IMG/VR virus record: IMGVR_UViG_3300038318_000066
Location: 1 to 28,738 of that record
Length of the DNA stretch: 28,738 nucleotides
Origin: a virus
Lineage: Duplodnaviria; Caudoviricetes
Reading direction: 5' to 3' (one strand)
Shown: piece by piece, positions 8,236-16,113 of the stretch
How positions within the stretch are numbered: position 1 is the stretch's first letter
Layout of the letters: every line of letters starts with the position of its first letter
Notes under the pieces: generated by a model
Database searches by the model: none
What the model was told of the DNA's origin: nothing
What the model saw: the letters and a program-made list of their open reading frames with translations, nothing else
Made by a program: the position numbers and the translations under genes

Positions 8236-8673
8236 ATGGAATTGGAAAAAATCTTAGGTACAGATACAGGAAAAGAAGCTTTTTTTAAAACAGACAGAAA
8301 TTTTATACAATTGGATACCTTAGTTGGATTAGGTGGAGTTATCGAAAGTGGAAGTAACGCAAGTGGTAATTATATTAAATTTGCAGATGGCACTCTTTTA
8401 TGCACTTATAACGCAACGGTAACAGACCAAGCAATTACAGATGCTTGGGGTAGTATGTTTACGGGCAGGAGAACATGGAGCTATCCAGCTAGCTTTATCT
8501 CGTCGCCTTCTGTAATTGCATCAATTTTCAGATGGGGCACACAGGCGAGCTTCGGTTCTTGTTGGGCTAACGGCGCGACAGCTGCTGTTATGCGAGTATA
8601 TGATATATCGGCTAGAGCAATTGGAGAATCTACTATTCTTGGTTTTGTTGCAATTGGGAGGTGGAAAGCATGA
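8236..8673 (+). CDS. Short tail fibre / receptor-binding protein (gp53-like C-terminal domain)
   Basis: RBS GGAGG, ATG 8236; ESGSNASGNYIKFADGTLLC...W.YP..F...P.V...AIGRWK is a tail-fibre C-terminal signature. Confidence 0.8.
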   Translation: MELEKILGTDTGKEAFFKTDRNFIQLDTLVGLGGVIESGSNASGNYIKFADGTLLCTYNATVTDQAITDAWGSMFTGRRTWSYPASFISSPSVIASIFRWGTQASFGSCWANGATAAVMRVYDISARAIGESTILGFVAIGRWKA

Positions 8674-8942
8674 TTGATTTAATTGAAACACCACAAAGAG
8701 CAGACTTTAAAGCAGAATACATTGTAAATAATGACATATTGACAGTAAAAATTAATGACGTAACAGAAACCTTTGATTTTACAGGACTTGCAGAGGGTGT
8801 AGCGGAAGAAATAGCAGTAGAAACCTTGCCGATTAACCCTATTATAAGTGCTGAAAAAATAGGTGAAACTGTTAATATTAAAGTAATCAGATTTTACGGA
8901 CAAGATGAAAAGGGATTATTCGAGGGGGGACAACATGACTAA
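8670..8942 (+). CDS. Tail fibre-associated protein
   Basis: ATGA overlap with the fibre gene; RBS GGAGG; acidic 90 aa. Confidence 0.65.
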   Translation: MIDLIETPQRADFKAEYIVNNDILTVKINDVTETFDFTGLAEGVAEEIAVETLPINPIISAEKIGETVNIKVIRFYGQDEKGLFEGGQHD

Positions 8943-9069
8943 AATTATATGGAAAACTCAAGAAGAAATTGAAGCTGAAAAGAATGCACCAAAAGAGCCG
9001 ACAACGGAAGAAAGACTACAACAAGCAGAAGATACTATATTATTTTTATTAATGAATGGAGGCATATAA
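8935..9069 (+). CDS. Small XkdW-like protein (44 aa; missing from the ORF track)
   Basis: MTKIIWKTQEEIEAEKNAPKEPTTEERLQQAEDTILFLLMNGGI; the P..PT.EERL...E motif is typical after fibre genes. Confidence 0.65.
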   Translation: MTKIIWKTQEEIEAEKNAPKEPTTEERLQQAEDTILFLLMNGGI

Positions 9070-9071
9070 TT

Positions 9072-9206
9072 ATGGTATACGGATTTTTATTAAATATGTG
9101 GATTATGAAAAGAATTGATGAAGTTTATTTAACTTCTATGGTTAGTCTTAACAGAATAACTGAAGCAGAAAAACAAATGATACTTGCAACACCGCAATTG
9201 TCTTAG
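9072..9206 (+). CDS. Small XkdX-like protein (44 aa; missing from the ORF track)
   Basis: RBS GGAGG; MVYGFLLNMWIMKRIDEVYLTSMVSLNRITEAEKQMILATPQLS with a V...RIT..E...I pattern. Confidence 0.65.
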   Translation: MVYGFLLNMWIMKRIDEVYLTSMVSLNRITEAEKQMILATPQLS

Positions 9207-9252
9207 GGAACAAAAGAAAAATTTGGCGGAATAAAATAAACATTTAAGAATA

Positions 9253-9273
9253 AGACTAAATAGGTCTTTTTTA
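9253..9273 (+). terminator. Weak terminator
   Basis: AAGAC-taaatag-GTCTT-TTTT. Confidence 0.5.
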
Positions 9274-9292
9274 TTTGAAGGGAAGTGATTTT

Positions 9293-9538
9293 GTGTTCAT
9301 TGGGATTAAGTTTTATTCCGGCATGCATTGGGTTGGGCGGAAAGGAACTACAGTTAGTAGATTGCCTATAGGATATTCACCTAAAAGAAAAATTTATTTT
9401 AAGGGGTATGGTGATAATAATTTAGAGATTCTTTTCACTATAAATCCAAAAGGTCATATAATTTTAAATAGCTCCGGGGGTGCAATAGACAATGTAAATG
9501 CTCATGTTGTTTTTATTGCATCAGAGGATGAACTTTGA
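9293..9538 (+). CDS. Small protein resembling an isolated receptor-binding head domain
   Basis: GTTVSRLPIGYSPKRKIYF...I.P.G.I resembles the 'T.I.TLP.GYRP' beta-head motif; flanked by terminators; start uncertain (9275 or 9293). Confidence 0.45.
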   Translation: MFIGIKFYSGMHWVGRKGTTVSRLPIGYSPKRKIYFKGYGDNNLEILFTINPKGHIILNSSGGAIDNVNAHVVFIASEDEL

Positions 9539-9556
9539 AAAAAGCTTAATATTTAG

Positions 9557-9580
9557 AGCTTATTAAATAGGCTCTTTTTT
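9557..9580 (+). terminator. Rho-independent terminator
   Basis: GAGCTTATT-a-AATAGGCTC-TTTTTT. Confidence 0.65.
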
Positions 9581-9618
9581 AATGCAAGAAAACTTTAGCA
9601 ACGATTAGGCGGTGAGAC

Positions 9619-9909
9619 ATGAGCATAGAATTAACCATGCTGATATCAGTAGTGTCTGTAGCATTTGCGGTTTATGCAGGCATAAACAATATGAGAAGAA
9701 ACAGCACAGCAGACATAAAAAAAGACGCTGTTGAGATGGCAACAATAAACGTAAAATTAGACACAATCGGCAGGGGCGTAGATGATATAAAACTAGAACA
9801 AAAAACTATAAATAAAGATATTAAAGATTTAAGTAACAGAGTTTTGAAAGTTGAGGAATCAGCAAAATCAGCTCATCACAGGATTGATGATATAATTGAA
9901 AGGAGTTAA
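9619..9909 (+). CDS. Lysis-module membrane protein (single TM + coiled coil)
   Basis: N-terminal TM segment, coiled coil and C-terminal VEESAKSAHHRID; directly upstream of the holin. Confidence 0.75.
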   Translation: MSIELTMLISVVSVAFAVYAGINNMRRNSTADIKKDAVEMATINVKLDTIGRGVDDIKLEQKTINKDIKDLSNRVLKVEESAKSAHHRIDDIIERS

Positions 9910-9913
9910 AAAT

Positions 9914-10204
9914 ATGGATATGGAATTACTAAAAGAATTTATTAAGCCAGAGGTATTAATATTAATACCAGTGCTTTACTTAATAGGAATAATGCTTAAA
10001 AACACTACTTTAATTAAGGACAAGTTTATACCGCTTGTTTTAGGACTTGCAGGCATTATATTAGCTGTTGTGTGGATATTAGCAACAAAAGGCACCGACA
10101 ACATTTATATGGCTATATTTACAGCTATAACACAGGGTATACTATGTGCAGGAGCTAGTGTGTATGTGAATGAATTGTTTAAGCAAGGAGCTAAAAATGA
10201 GTAG
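9914..10204 (+). CDS. Holin
   Basis: Three TM segments; IKPE.LILIPVLY.IG...K...IKDKFIP..L...AITQGIL.AG..VY.N pattern; RBS AAGGAG. Confidence 0.85.
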   Translation: MDMELLKEFIKPEVLILIPVLYLIGIMLKNTTLIKDKFIPLVLGLAGIILAVVWILATKGTDNIYMAIFTAITQGILCAGASVYVNELFKQGAKNE

Positions 10205-10769
10205 AATATTTGAAGGGGCTTGCAGGATATCAAGCCCCTTCGGGGCACGTGCCTTAGGCAACGATTACAGATTTCACAAAGGTATTGATTTTGTTGGAAT
10301 AGACAGTAAAAATATTATTTCTCCTACTAACGGGAAAATTATTTCCTCCCAGATTATTACGGATAAAAATAATCTTACATGGGAATGGGGAAATTACGTC
10401 AAGATGGATGATTTAAATGGCTTTTGGCTGTTTTTTTGTCACTTGTCTAAGAGATGTGTAACAGTGGGGCAAACTGTCGCTAAAGGTCAAATAATCGGTG
10501 TAGAAGGGCAAACTGGATATAGCTTTGGCAGTCATCTGCATTTTGAGGTTAGAAAAAAATCAGACAATGTATCAATTGACCCTAATGAATATTTTAAGAT
10601 ATTAGATGAATGGGAGAAAAAACATGAAATGAATATAAATCAAGCTTTAAAAATACTAAAAGATAATAACATAATAAGCAACGTTGGGCCGTGGAAAACG
10701 ACAATTGAAACAGGAAAGTATTTAGAAACGCTTATTATAAATATGGCTAAAAAATTATCCCGGGTGTAA
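10197..10769 (+). CDS. Endolysin, M23 peptidase family
   Basis: ISSPFG.R...HKGID...GNYV...HL...G.TGYS.G.HLHFEV (HxxxD and HxH zinc motifs); follows the holin. Confidence 0.9.
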   Translation: MSRIFEGACRISSPFGARALGNDYRFHKGIDFVGIDSKNIISPTNGKIISSQIITDKNNLTWEWGNYVKMDDLNGFWLFFCHLSKRCVTVGQTVAKGQIIGVEGQTGYSFGSHLHFEVRKKSDNVSIDPNEYFKILDEWEKKHEMNINQALKILKDNNIISNVGPWKTTIETGKYLETLIINMAKKLSRV

Positions 10770-10781
10770 TGCCCGGGATAT
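10756..10781. terminator. Bidirectional terminator at the convergence of late and leftward genes
   Basis: TATCCCGGG-tgtaatg-CCCGGGATA. Confidence 0.75.
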
Positions 10782-10782
10782 T

Positions 10783-10962
10783 TCACCTGCACAGCTCATC
10801 CAATGACACCGACAAGGCATCAGCCAGTTTGATGGCAGTTTGAATTTTGAAATTTACGTCCTTGCTTTCGATGTCCTCTATCGTTCGGGTAGGAACACCG
10901 GAGAGCTGGGACAATTGGGAGATGGTGAGTTTTCGGTCAGTTCTTAGCTTTTTTAGGTTCAT
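10783..10962 (-). CDS. XRE/Cro-type helix-turn-helix regulator
   Basis: MNLKKLRTDRKLTISQLSQLSGVPTRTIEDIES...AIKLADALSVSLDELC. Confidence 0.9.
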   Translation of the reverse strand: MNLKKLRTDRKLTISQLSQLSGVPTRTIEDIESKDVNFKIQTAIKLADALSVSLDELCR

Positions 10963-11226
10963 TTTTCTTACCTGCCTTATATTCATTTTCGTACCAGTTT
11001 AAAAAATCACCGTATAGCTTTTCTTCGGCAGTTTTTCGTGCTTTTATAGCATCATCTTTTTTATCAAATCGTCCTAAGAAGTATTTTTTGCCTTGAAATT
11101 CTATACGAGCAACATATTTTTTCCATTGTAATCGACGGTTGTTTTAATCATTTCATAATTGTCATTATCGTGGAAATTCAAAAATACAGTATTTCCACCA
11201 TTATAATTAGTAATTATTTTTTTCAT
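10937..11226 (-). pseudogene. Out-of-frame fusion: short ORF (MKKIITNYNGG..., 11226-11101) joined to a headless AP2-domain remnant
   Basis: A second frame reads WKKYVARIEFQGKKYFLGRFDKKDDAIKARKTAEEKLYG (AP2-type DNA-binding motif) with no start codon. Confidence 0.65.
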
Positions 11227-11277
11227 TTTTTCTCCTTTTTTCCCGGTTTTATGGTTGACCGGGAAACCAAATTTTTT

Positions 11278-11514
11278 CTAGTAAATAAGTTCGAGCCTAT
11301 CTTCATAAGCTTCATTCATATACCAGTTCACAATGTCATCGGGTCCAGTGCTGTCTTTTTCATACAGCTCCATGAAGTTTTCAAGCTGTGCGTCTGTCAG
11401 TTCAAATTTGTCTGCGTTTACTCCCATCTCTCTGTGGACTACCCACATGATGTGACCTTTCAATGTGATGTGGTCTATTCCCATAGTAGTTGGTGTGATT
11501 TGAATTGCTTTCAT
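11278..11514 (-). CDS. Hypothetical early protein (78 aa)
   Basis: RBS AAGGAGG, ATG at 11514 (MKAIQITPTT...); the longer ORF-track start overlaps the upstream gene. Confidence 0.7.
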   Translation of the reverse strand: MKAIQITPTTMGIDHITLKGHIMWVVHREMGVNADKFELTDAQLENFMELYEKDSTGPDDIVNWYMNEAYEDRLELIY

Positions 11515-11566
11515 TATATCCTCCTTATTCTCCCGGCTTTGTTGGTAGCTGGGGACCATATTTTTT

Positions 11567-12244
11567 CTACCAAGTATGTTGTCTGGTTTTCTTTGCCGTA
11601 CCATCCGGCATTGCATATAGATGGACGATATCGGTACTGCATTCTTCGCTTGGATCGTTGCAATCATCTGTCCAGTGTGAAAGCTCTTGAGGCTTTCCGG
11701 TTTTCTTTGCTGTTGCGAATATCTCTGCAACTCTTTTTTCTTCTTTTTTTTCTCTTTCAACCTTTGCTGCTGCCTTTGCTTCATTGATTGGGTTTACATA
11801 TTCACAAGCCTCTTGGTATGTGAATTCATGTCCCAGTATTTCTTCTGCTTCATCTTTCAATTTCGTAGTGTATCCAACTTCTCTTGTCAATCCTAACTCT
11901 CCAAGAAGTTCTCTTTCAACCTTTCCCGATACATTCCAAGTTGGAAATCCGTCATGGTCTTTGTATATGAGTTCGAATTTCTTTTCACCACTCAGATATG
12001 CTCTTCTGAGTTCTTTTTCTTCTTTTGCTGCCTTCGCTTCTTCTTCTGCTATTTTTCTGTCCTGTTTTTCTTTTATTCTTTTTACTTCCTCGAGTATTTC
12101 TGGTTTATTTTCTTTGATTTCTTTGTCTATAGCTGGGGTAATTCCCTTTGGGGAATGTACTTCCAAACCTTCAACGCCGTTTCTAACTCCGTACCTGATA
12201 CTGAATTTTTTAATCAATTCGTTTACTCTTGCTTCTCCTAACAT
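11567..12244 (-). CDS. Hypothetical early protein (225 aa)
   Basis: RBS GGAGG, ATG at 12244; first gene after a consensus promoter. Confidence 0.75.
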   Translation of the reverse strand: MLGEARVNELIKKFSIRYGVRNGVEGLEVHSPKGITPAIDKEIKENKPEILEEVKRIKEKQDRKIAEEEAKAAKEEKELRRAYLSGEKKFELIYKDHDGFPTWNVSGKVERELLGELGLTREVGYTTKLKDEAEEILGHEFTYQEACEYVNPINEAKAAAKVEREKKEEKRVAEIFATAKKTGKPQELSHWTDDCNDPSEECSTDIVHLYAMPDGTAKKTRQHTW

Positions 12245-12275
12245 TTTATTTCCTCCATGTTTTATTTTATGATTC

Positions 12276-12304
12276 ATTATACCACGGTCGACCGTGTATG
12301 TCAA
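12276..12304 (-). promoter_or_regulatory. Consensus SigA promoter with a 14-bp palindromic spacer
   Basis: Minus strand TTGACA-17-TATAAT; the spacer contains CACGGTCGACCGTG (12283-12296); upstream A tracts. Confidence 0.9.
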
Positions 12305-12423
12305 TACCTTTTTTAAAGTTTTTTTAAATTATTTTTTTTGTTGGGATTGCAAGGACTGTAGTAATTATATAAATTTACAGGGCAGCCGGTCATTATACCG
12401 TAAACTCTTTCACCGTTACTGAA

Positions 12424-12475
12424 AACTTATAAAAAGTTATAAATATATGTTGACTTTTATAACTTTTTATAAGTT
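12424..12475. repeat. Perfect 20-bp inverted repeat (operator-like)
   Basis: AACTTATAAAAAGTTATAAA (12424-12443) and TTTATAACTTTTTATAAGTT (12456-12475) flank a TTGACT hexamer. Confidence 0.85.
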
Positions 12476-12512
12476 ATTTTTAACAGTCAATTACCCTCTT
12501 CAAAAAATTTAT

Positions 12513-12694
12513 CTGAAAATATTCAGCAAAAACTATTGACATACTGAATTAAATCAGTATAATATAATTATAGCTGAAATAATTCAGCAAATCAAAAGGA
12601 CTTCCTGAATACTTTCTATATAATATGTGGTGAGATACTATTATAATAGATTATTTTCAGTGAATTGTCAATAAATTTTGCTGAATTATTTCAA
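12513..12694. promoter_or_regulatory. Lysis-lysogeny-type switch: six CTGAA-N4-TTCAG-like operators and convergent promoters
   Basis: Operators at 12513, 12544, 12574, 12605, 12647 and 12681; rightward TTGACA-16-TATAAT (12536-12563); leftward TTGACA-17-TATTAT (12671-12643). Confidence 0.8.
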
Positions 12695-12746
12695 CAAAAC
12701 TATATTTTTTATTCGACAAAATGTCAGAAAGGAGTGCAATGGATTA

Positions 12747-12932
12747 ATGAATGAATTTGAAAAGGCAGTAAGAAAGGCATTAATTGACAAGGATATGAAG
12801 CTTACTGACTTGGCTGATGCTATTGGAATAAGTCTAACTTATTTATATGACATTCTTAATGGTAACAGAAAAGCAGAGCATCAGAAGAAAAAAATTATTG
12901 AAATTCTTGAACTTCAAGAAGATTTTGATTAA
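12747..12932 (+). CDS. Cro-like HTH regulator
   Basis: MNEFEKAVRKALIDKDMKLTDLADAIGISLTYLYDILNGNR; first rightward gene after the operators. Confidence 0.85.
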   Translation: MNEFEKAVRKALIDKDMKLTDLADAIGISLTYLYDILNGNRKAEHQKKKIIEILELQEDFD

Positions 12933-12956
12933 GAAAGGAGAAGTGAAAAATGAGTT

Positions 12957-13310
12957 TTGCAGATAGATAATCTAAAAGAAGAAATAGCAATCTGTAAAAT
13001 TGTAGTAAAAGAACTTGCTGTACTGGTAAAGAAATATGAAAAGCAGGTTGATAAAGAAAAAGAGAAAGAGAAAAAACTACAACGGTATGAAGATTTGGAA
13101 CAGGCGCGGGAAGCTTATGGATTTGGAGAAATTACAAAACAGGAATTTGAAAAATTGCAAGATTACTTTGATTGCAAGGAACAAAACAAAACTGTAAAAG
13201 AATTGTATTTACAATACATAGAGAAGGAATACAGGCTTGAAAAGAAGAACTTATCAGATTTGGAAAAAGAGTTGTTTAAAGAAGAGTTAGTAAGTATTGC
13301 AAGAAGTTAA
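12957..13310 (+). CDS. Hypothetical coiled-coil protein (start damaged or uncertain)
   Basis: The RBS is positioned for ATG 12950 (MSFADR*), which is out of frame with this TTG-started ORF. Confidence 0.55.
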   Translation: MQIDNLKEEIAICKIVVKELAVLVKKYEKQVDKEKEKEKKLQRYEDLEQAREAYGFGEITKQEFEKLQDYFDCKEQNKTVKELYLQYIEKEYRLEKKNLSDLEKELFKEELVSIARS

Positions 13311-13328
13311 GAGAATAGGAGGCACAGT

Positions 13329-13517
13329 ATGAAATTTAGCGCAGCGAAATTTAAAAAGGATAAACGGTTCAGAAGATTACTGGACGATAAGCACCTTGAA
13401 GCGCTTGACGGTCGTGAGGTTATAGACGAACAGATTGATTACGAAGTTGACGGTAAAGAGTTTTATATATACCCGGTTGTACCGGAGTGGTGTGAGGAGG
13501 CACAGGATGGAGATTGA
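13329..13517 (+). CDS. Hypothetical protein
   Basis: RBS AGGAGG; 62 aa. Confidence 0.7.
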   Translation: MKFSAAKFKKDKRFRRLLDDKHLEALDGREVIDEQIDYEVDGKEFYIYPVVPEWCEEAQDGD

Positions 13518-13776
13518 AAAAGCAATAAAGTTATTAAAAGCGGATAAAGATTTAATTAGTAGAAAAGTTACAAGACATACTTTTTACGAATATGAAGAAG
13601 CAGTCCAAGCACTTGAAAAACAGATACCATATCAACCATCAGAAATTGATTGTGTAAATGAAGAAAACAACATTTTAGATGGATATTGTAAGTGTAATAA
13701 ATTAGTAGATTCACGAATGAAATATTGTCGTTTGTGCGGTCAAAAATTAGACTGGGAGGTAGAAACGGATGAATGA
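13507..13776 (+). CDS. Phage zinc-ribbon protein
   Basis: RBS GAGGAGG, ATG 13507; ALEKQIP...CKC...YCRLCGQKLDW. Confidence 0.75.
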   Translation: MEIEKAIKLLKADKDLISRKVTRHTFYEYEEAVQALEKQIPYQPSEIDCVNEENNILDGYCKCNKLVDSRMKYCRLCGQKLDWEVETDE

Positions 13777-14146
13777 TATAGAAAAGCTAATTGAATATAT
13801 AAAAGACCACAGCAATAATTATTTAGGTTCAAAGGCAACATTAAAAGAAATAGAAATCTTTGAATATATGTATGATTTGCTTATTGGAACACTTGAAAAA
13901 CAATTAAACGGTGGTTGGATTCCTGTAGACGAAAACCCGCCGTTGACAATCGAAGAACTAAAGCAGATGAACTATCAACCGATATGGATACAAAATATTA
14001 ATTCTGAAATTGGTTTAGATGGTTGGGGGATTTTCAGAGCAGCACAAGTTAAGCAGATAGCAAATTGCCAATGCGAAGCAAATATAAGCTATTATATGAA
14101 GGATTACGGTAGAAAATGGCTTGCTTACAGGAGGAAACCAAATTGA
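13769..14146 (+). CDS. Hypothetical phage protein (probably chimeric)
   Basis: LEKQLNGGWIPVDE joined to NPPLTIEELKQM...YGRKWLAYRRKP. Confidence 0.65.
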   Translation: MNDIEKLIEYIKDHSNNYLGSKATLKEIEIFEYMYDLLIGTLEKQLNGGWIPVDENPPLTIEELKQMNYQPIWIQNINSEIGLDGWGIFRAAQVKQIANCQCEANISYYMKDYGRKWLAYRRKPN

Positions 14147-14256
14147 TTAAGGGATTTTGGGACAAGCTTACAGATGATCAGGAGTACATAAGACTTAAAT
14201 TAGGACTAGCTTTGGTATTGATAATCATAGGGATGATGCTGGATGGGAGGATGTAA
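14143..14256 (+). CDS. Small single-TM protein (37 aa; missing from the ORF track)
   Basis: RBS AGGAGG, TTG start; MIKGFWDKLTDDQEYIRLKLGLALVLIIIGMMLDGRM. Confidence 0.55.
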   Translation: MIKGFWDKLTDDQEYIRLKLGLALVLIIIGMMLDGRM

Positions 14257-14258
14257 AA

Positions 14259-14510
14259 TTGAAAAGACATGCTAACGAATTTTTAAGGACAAGTTCTGGC
14301 AGATTAGCTGGCTCCGGAATGAACGAAGATAGATATGATGATGAATCAATGCCATCAGGATCTACATATTCTGGTCAGCCTATACTTACAAAAGAATATG
14401 TAGACTACATGAAAAAAATAGAAGAAGAACAACCTGTTACAACTTACAAATTAACTAAAGAGGAAATGGAAGAATATTTAAAGAAATTTAAAAAAGGAGT
14501 GATTTCATGA
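14259..14510 (+). CDS. Hypothetical protein
   Basis: RBS GGAGG; 83 aa; coupled to its neighbours. Confidence 0.65.
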   Translation: MKRHANEFLRTSSGRLAGSGMNEDRYDDESMPSGSTYSGQPILTKEYVDYMKKIEEEQPVTTYKLTKEEMEEYLKKFKKGVIS

Positions 14511-14632
14511 ATGTAGCTGAAGCTATACCCTATAAAAACTATAAGGAAAAATTTGCAATAGTGATGCAAGAATTAATGAAAAACAGATATGTAGAAGTTT
14601 GGGACAGGCATATTTATTCAGCTAAAAAATAG
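14507..14632 (+). CDS. Small hypothetical protein (41 aa; missing from the ORF track)
   Basis: RBS AAGGAG, ATGA overlap; MNVAEAIPYKNYKEKFAIVMQELMKNRYVEVWDRHIYSAKK. Confidence 0.55.
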   Translation: MNVAEAIPYKNYKEKFAIVMQELMKNRYVEVWDRHIYSAKK

Positions 14633-14641
14633 GAGGTAAAC

Positions 14642-15004
14642 ATGGAAAAACAATGCCGAACGTGTGTGTTTAACACAAAAAAAGAAAGTTGTAAGATTTT
14701 AGTCGAAAGAATCGAAAAAGATTGTTGGGCTTGGGCGGACGAGGTGGAATATCAGAGACGAAAAACTGACATTGAAGCATATAAAACAAGATTTGATGTT
14801 GATTTATCTAAATTTGAAACAATTCGTGAAAAGCTTGATGGTAGTTTCGTAGATTTATATGAAGAAGGTTTAAGCGATATAAAAATAGCAAAGATATTGA
14901 AATTAAATCATAACACTGTCGGAAATTATAGAAGAAAGTTAGGACTAAAAACGCAAAGAGAAAGAAAAAAAGAGCCTGCGGCAACAGGAACGGCACAAAA
15001 ATAA
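14642..15004 (+). CDS. Cys-rich N-terminus + C-terminal HTH protein
   Basis: CRTC...C...C followed by LYEEGLSDIKIAKILKLNHNTVGNYRRKLGL. Confidence 0.75.
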   Translation: MEKQCRTCVFNTKKESCKILVERIEKDCWAWADEVEYQRRKTDIEAYKTRFDVDLSKFETIREKLDGSFVDLYEEGLSDIKIAKILKLNHNTVGNYRRKLGLKTQRERKKEPAATGTAQK

Positions 15005-15055
15005 CTAACTAAGATAAGTATAACAGATAATAAAAAAATTGCAAGGAGAAAAGCT

Positions 15056-15124
15056 ATGGAAATTAAAGGTTTTAAAGGATTTAACGATAAATTACTAGGA
15101 GGCGCGAAATGTATAAATGCTTAG
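15056..15124 (+). pseudogene. Truncated gene start (MEIKGFKGFNDKL...)
   Basis: RBS AAGGAG; resembles the start of the common phage 'KG(F/Y)KGF..DL.C' proteins and ends after 22 codons. Confidence 0.55.
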
Positions 15125-15543
15125 ATTGTGGACAACTCTTTGAAACTCCTAAAGAGTACATTGAAGAAGAAAAGATTTACGAAGGTTGCCCTGACAGAGA
15201 GTGCCGAGGAGCATATTTGAAAGCTTTTAAATGCTCATATTGTGAAGATTACAAACTGTATGATGAAATCTATGGAGATATGTGCATTGAATGTGCAGAA
15301 AAGGAATATACGGACAGACTTGGGCTTAAATATCTTGACAGTCACAAAGAAAGTTATCTTGATTTTTATGGAGTGGAGCAGGTTGACAGAGACTTAAAGG
15401 CTAACTTGATAGAAGTTTTAGAAAAAGATTATCAGTCAAAAATTGATATGGATACTGACTGGAATCACAAATTGAAAGACCTAAAGGAATACATACTAAA
15501 TGATATGGACGAATGGGTTAAATTTTTGAAGGAGGAAATTTAA
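15109..15543 (+). CDS. Cys-rich hypothetical protein
   Basis: RBS AGGAGG; several CxxC pairs. Confidence 0.7.
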   Translation: MYKCLDCGQLFETPKEYIEEEKIYEGCPDRECRGAYLKAFKCSYCEDYKLYDEIYGDMCIECAEKEYTDRLGLKYLDSHKESYLDFYGVEQVDRDLKANLIEVLEKDYQSKIDMDTDWNHKLKDLKEYILNDMDEWVKFLKEEI

Positions 15544-15633
15544 TGGCTACTGAAAAATACGGAGATTTGCAAATTGATGATTACAGTATAAATGATACGG
15601 GCGATATTTATGAAATTTTAAAGGAGGACAAAA

Positions 15634-16113
15634 ATGAACTTATACGAATTAACAGGAGCTTACCTGAAACTACAGAATTTGATTGAATCAGGAGAAGTAA
15701 CAGAGGATGATATCGAATCTATAAGCGATACAATCGACATTAAGGCAGAAAATTATGCCAAGGTTATAAAGAACCAAGAGGGCAATATAAATGCCCTTAA
15801 AACTGAAATAAACAGGCTTACGGATAAGAAAAAGTCTATAGAAAATAATATTGACCGTATGAAAGAAAGCCTTAAAGATTCCATGATTACGACAGGCAAG
15901 GAAAGAATTAAGACAGATTTATTTAATATCAGTGTGGCGAATAATCCACCAGCCTTAAAAATTACCAATGAAAGTATAATACCTAAATCATATTTTACAA
16001 CTGAAACTATTAAAAAATTGGACAAAGCGAGATTAAAAGAAGATTTAAAAACAGGGAATATATTTGTCAATGGCGCGGAATTAACAGCAGGAAAGAGGTT
16101 GAGGATTAAATGA
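15634..16113 (+). CDS. Siphovirus Gp157-family protein
   Basis: MNLYELT...KAENYAKVIKN.E.....LK.EI.RL..KKK...KIKT.LF...V.NNPP...LDK..LK..LK.G..V.GAEL. Confidence 0.9.
   Translation: MNLYELTGAYLKLQNLIESGEVTEDDIESISDTIDIKAENYAKVIKNQEGNINALKTEINRLTDKKKSIENNIDRMKESLKDSMITTGKERIKTDLFNISVANNPPALKITNESIIPKSYFTTETIKKLDKARLKEDLKTGNIFVNGAELTAGKRLRIK

Noticed and set aside
7892-9538. Diversity-generating retroelement or invertase shufflon at the fibre locus
   Set aside because: No reverse transcriptase, TR/VR pair, recombinase or inverted cassettes were seen in the window.
11241-11560. preQ1-I riboswitch identity for the pseudoknot elements
   Set aside because: Only the topology is similar; the second stem is long and separate from the SD sequence, and the downstream genes are unrelated to queuosine.
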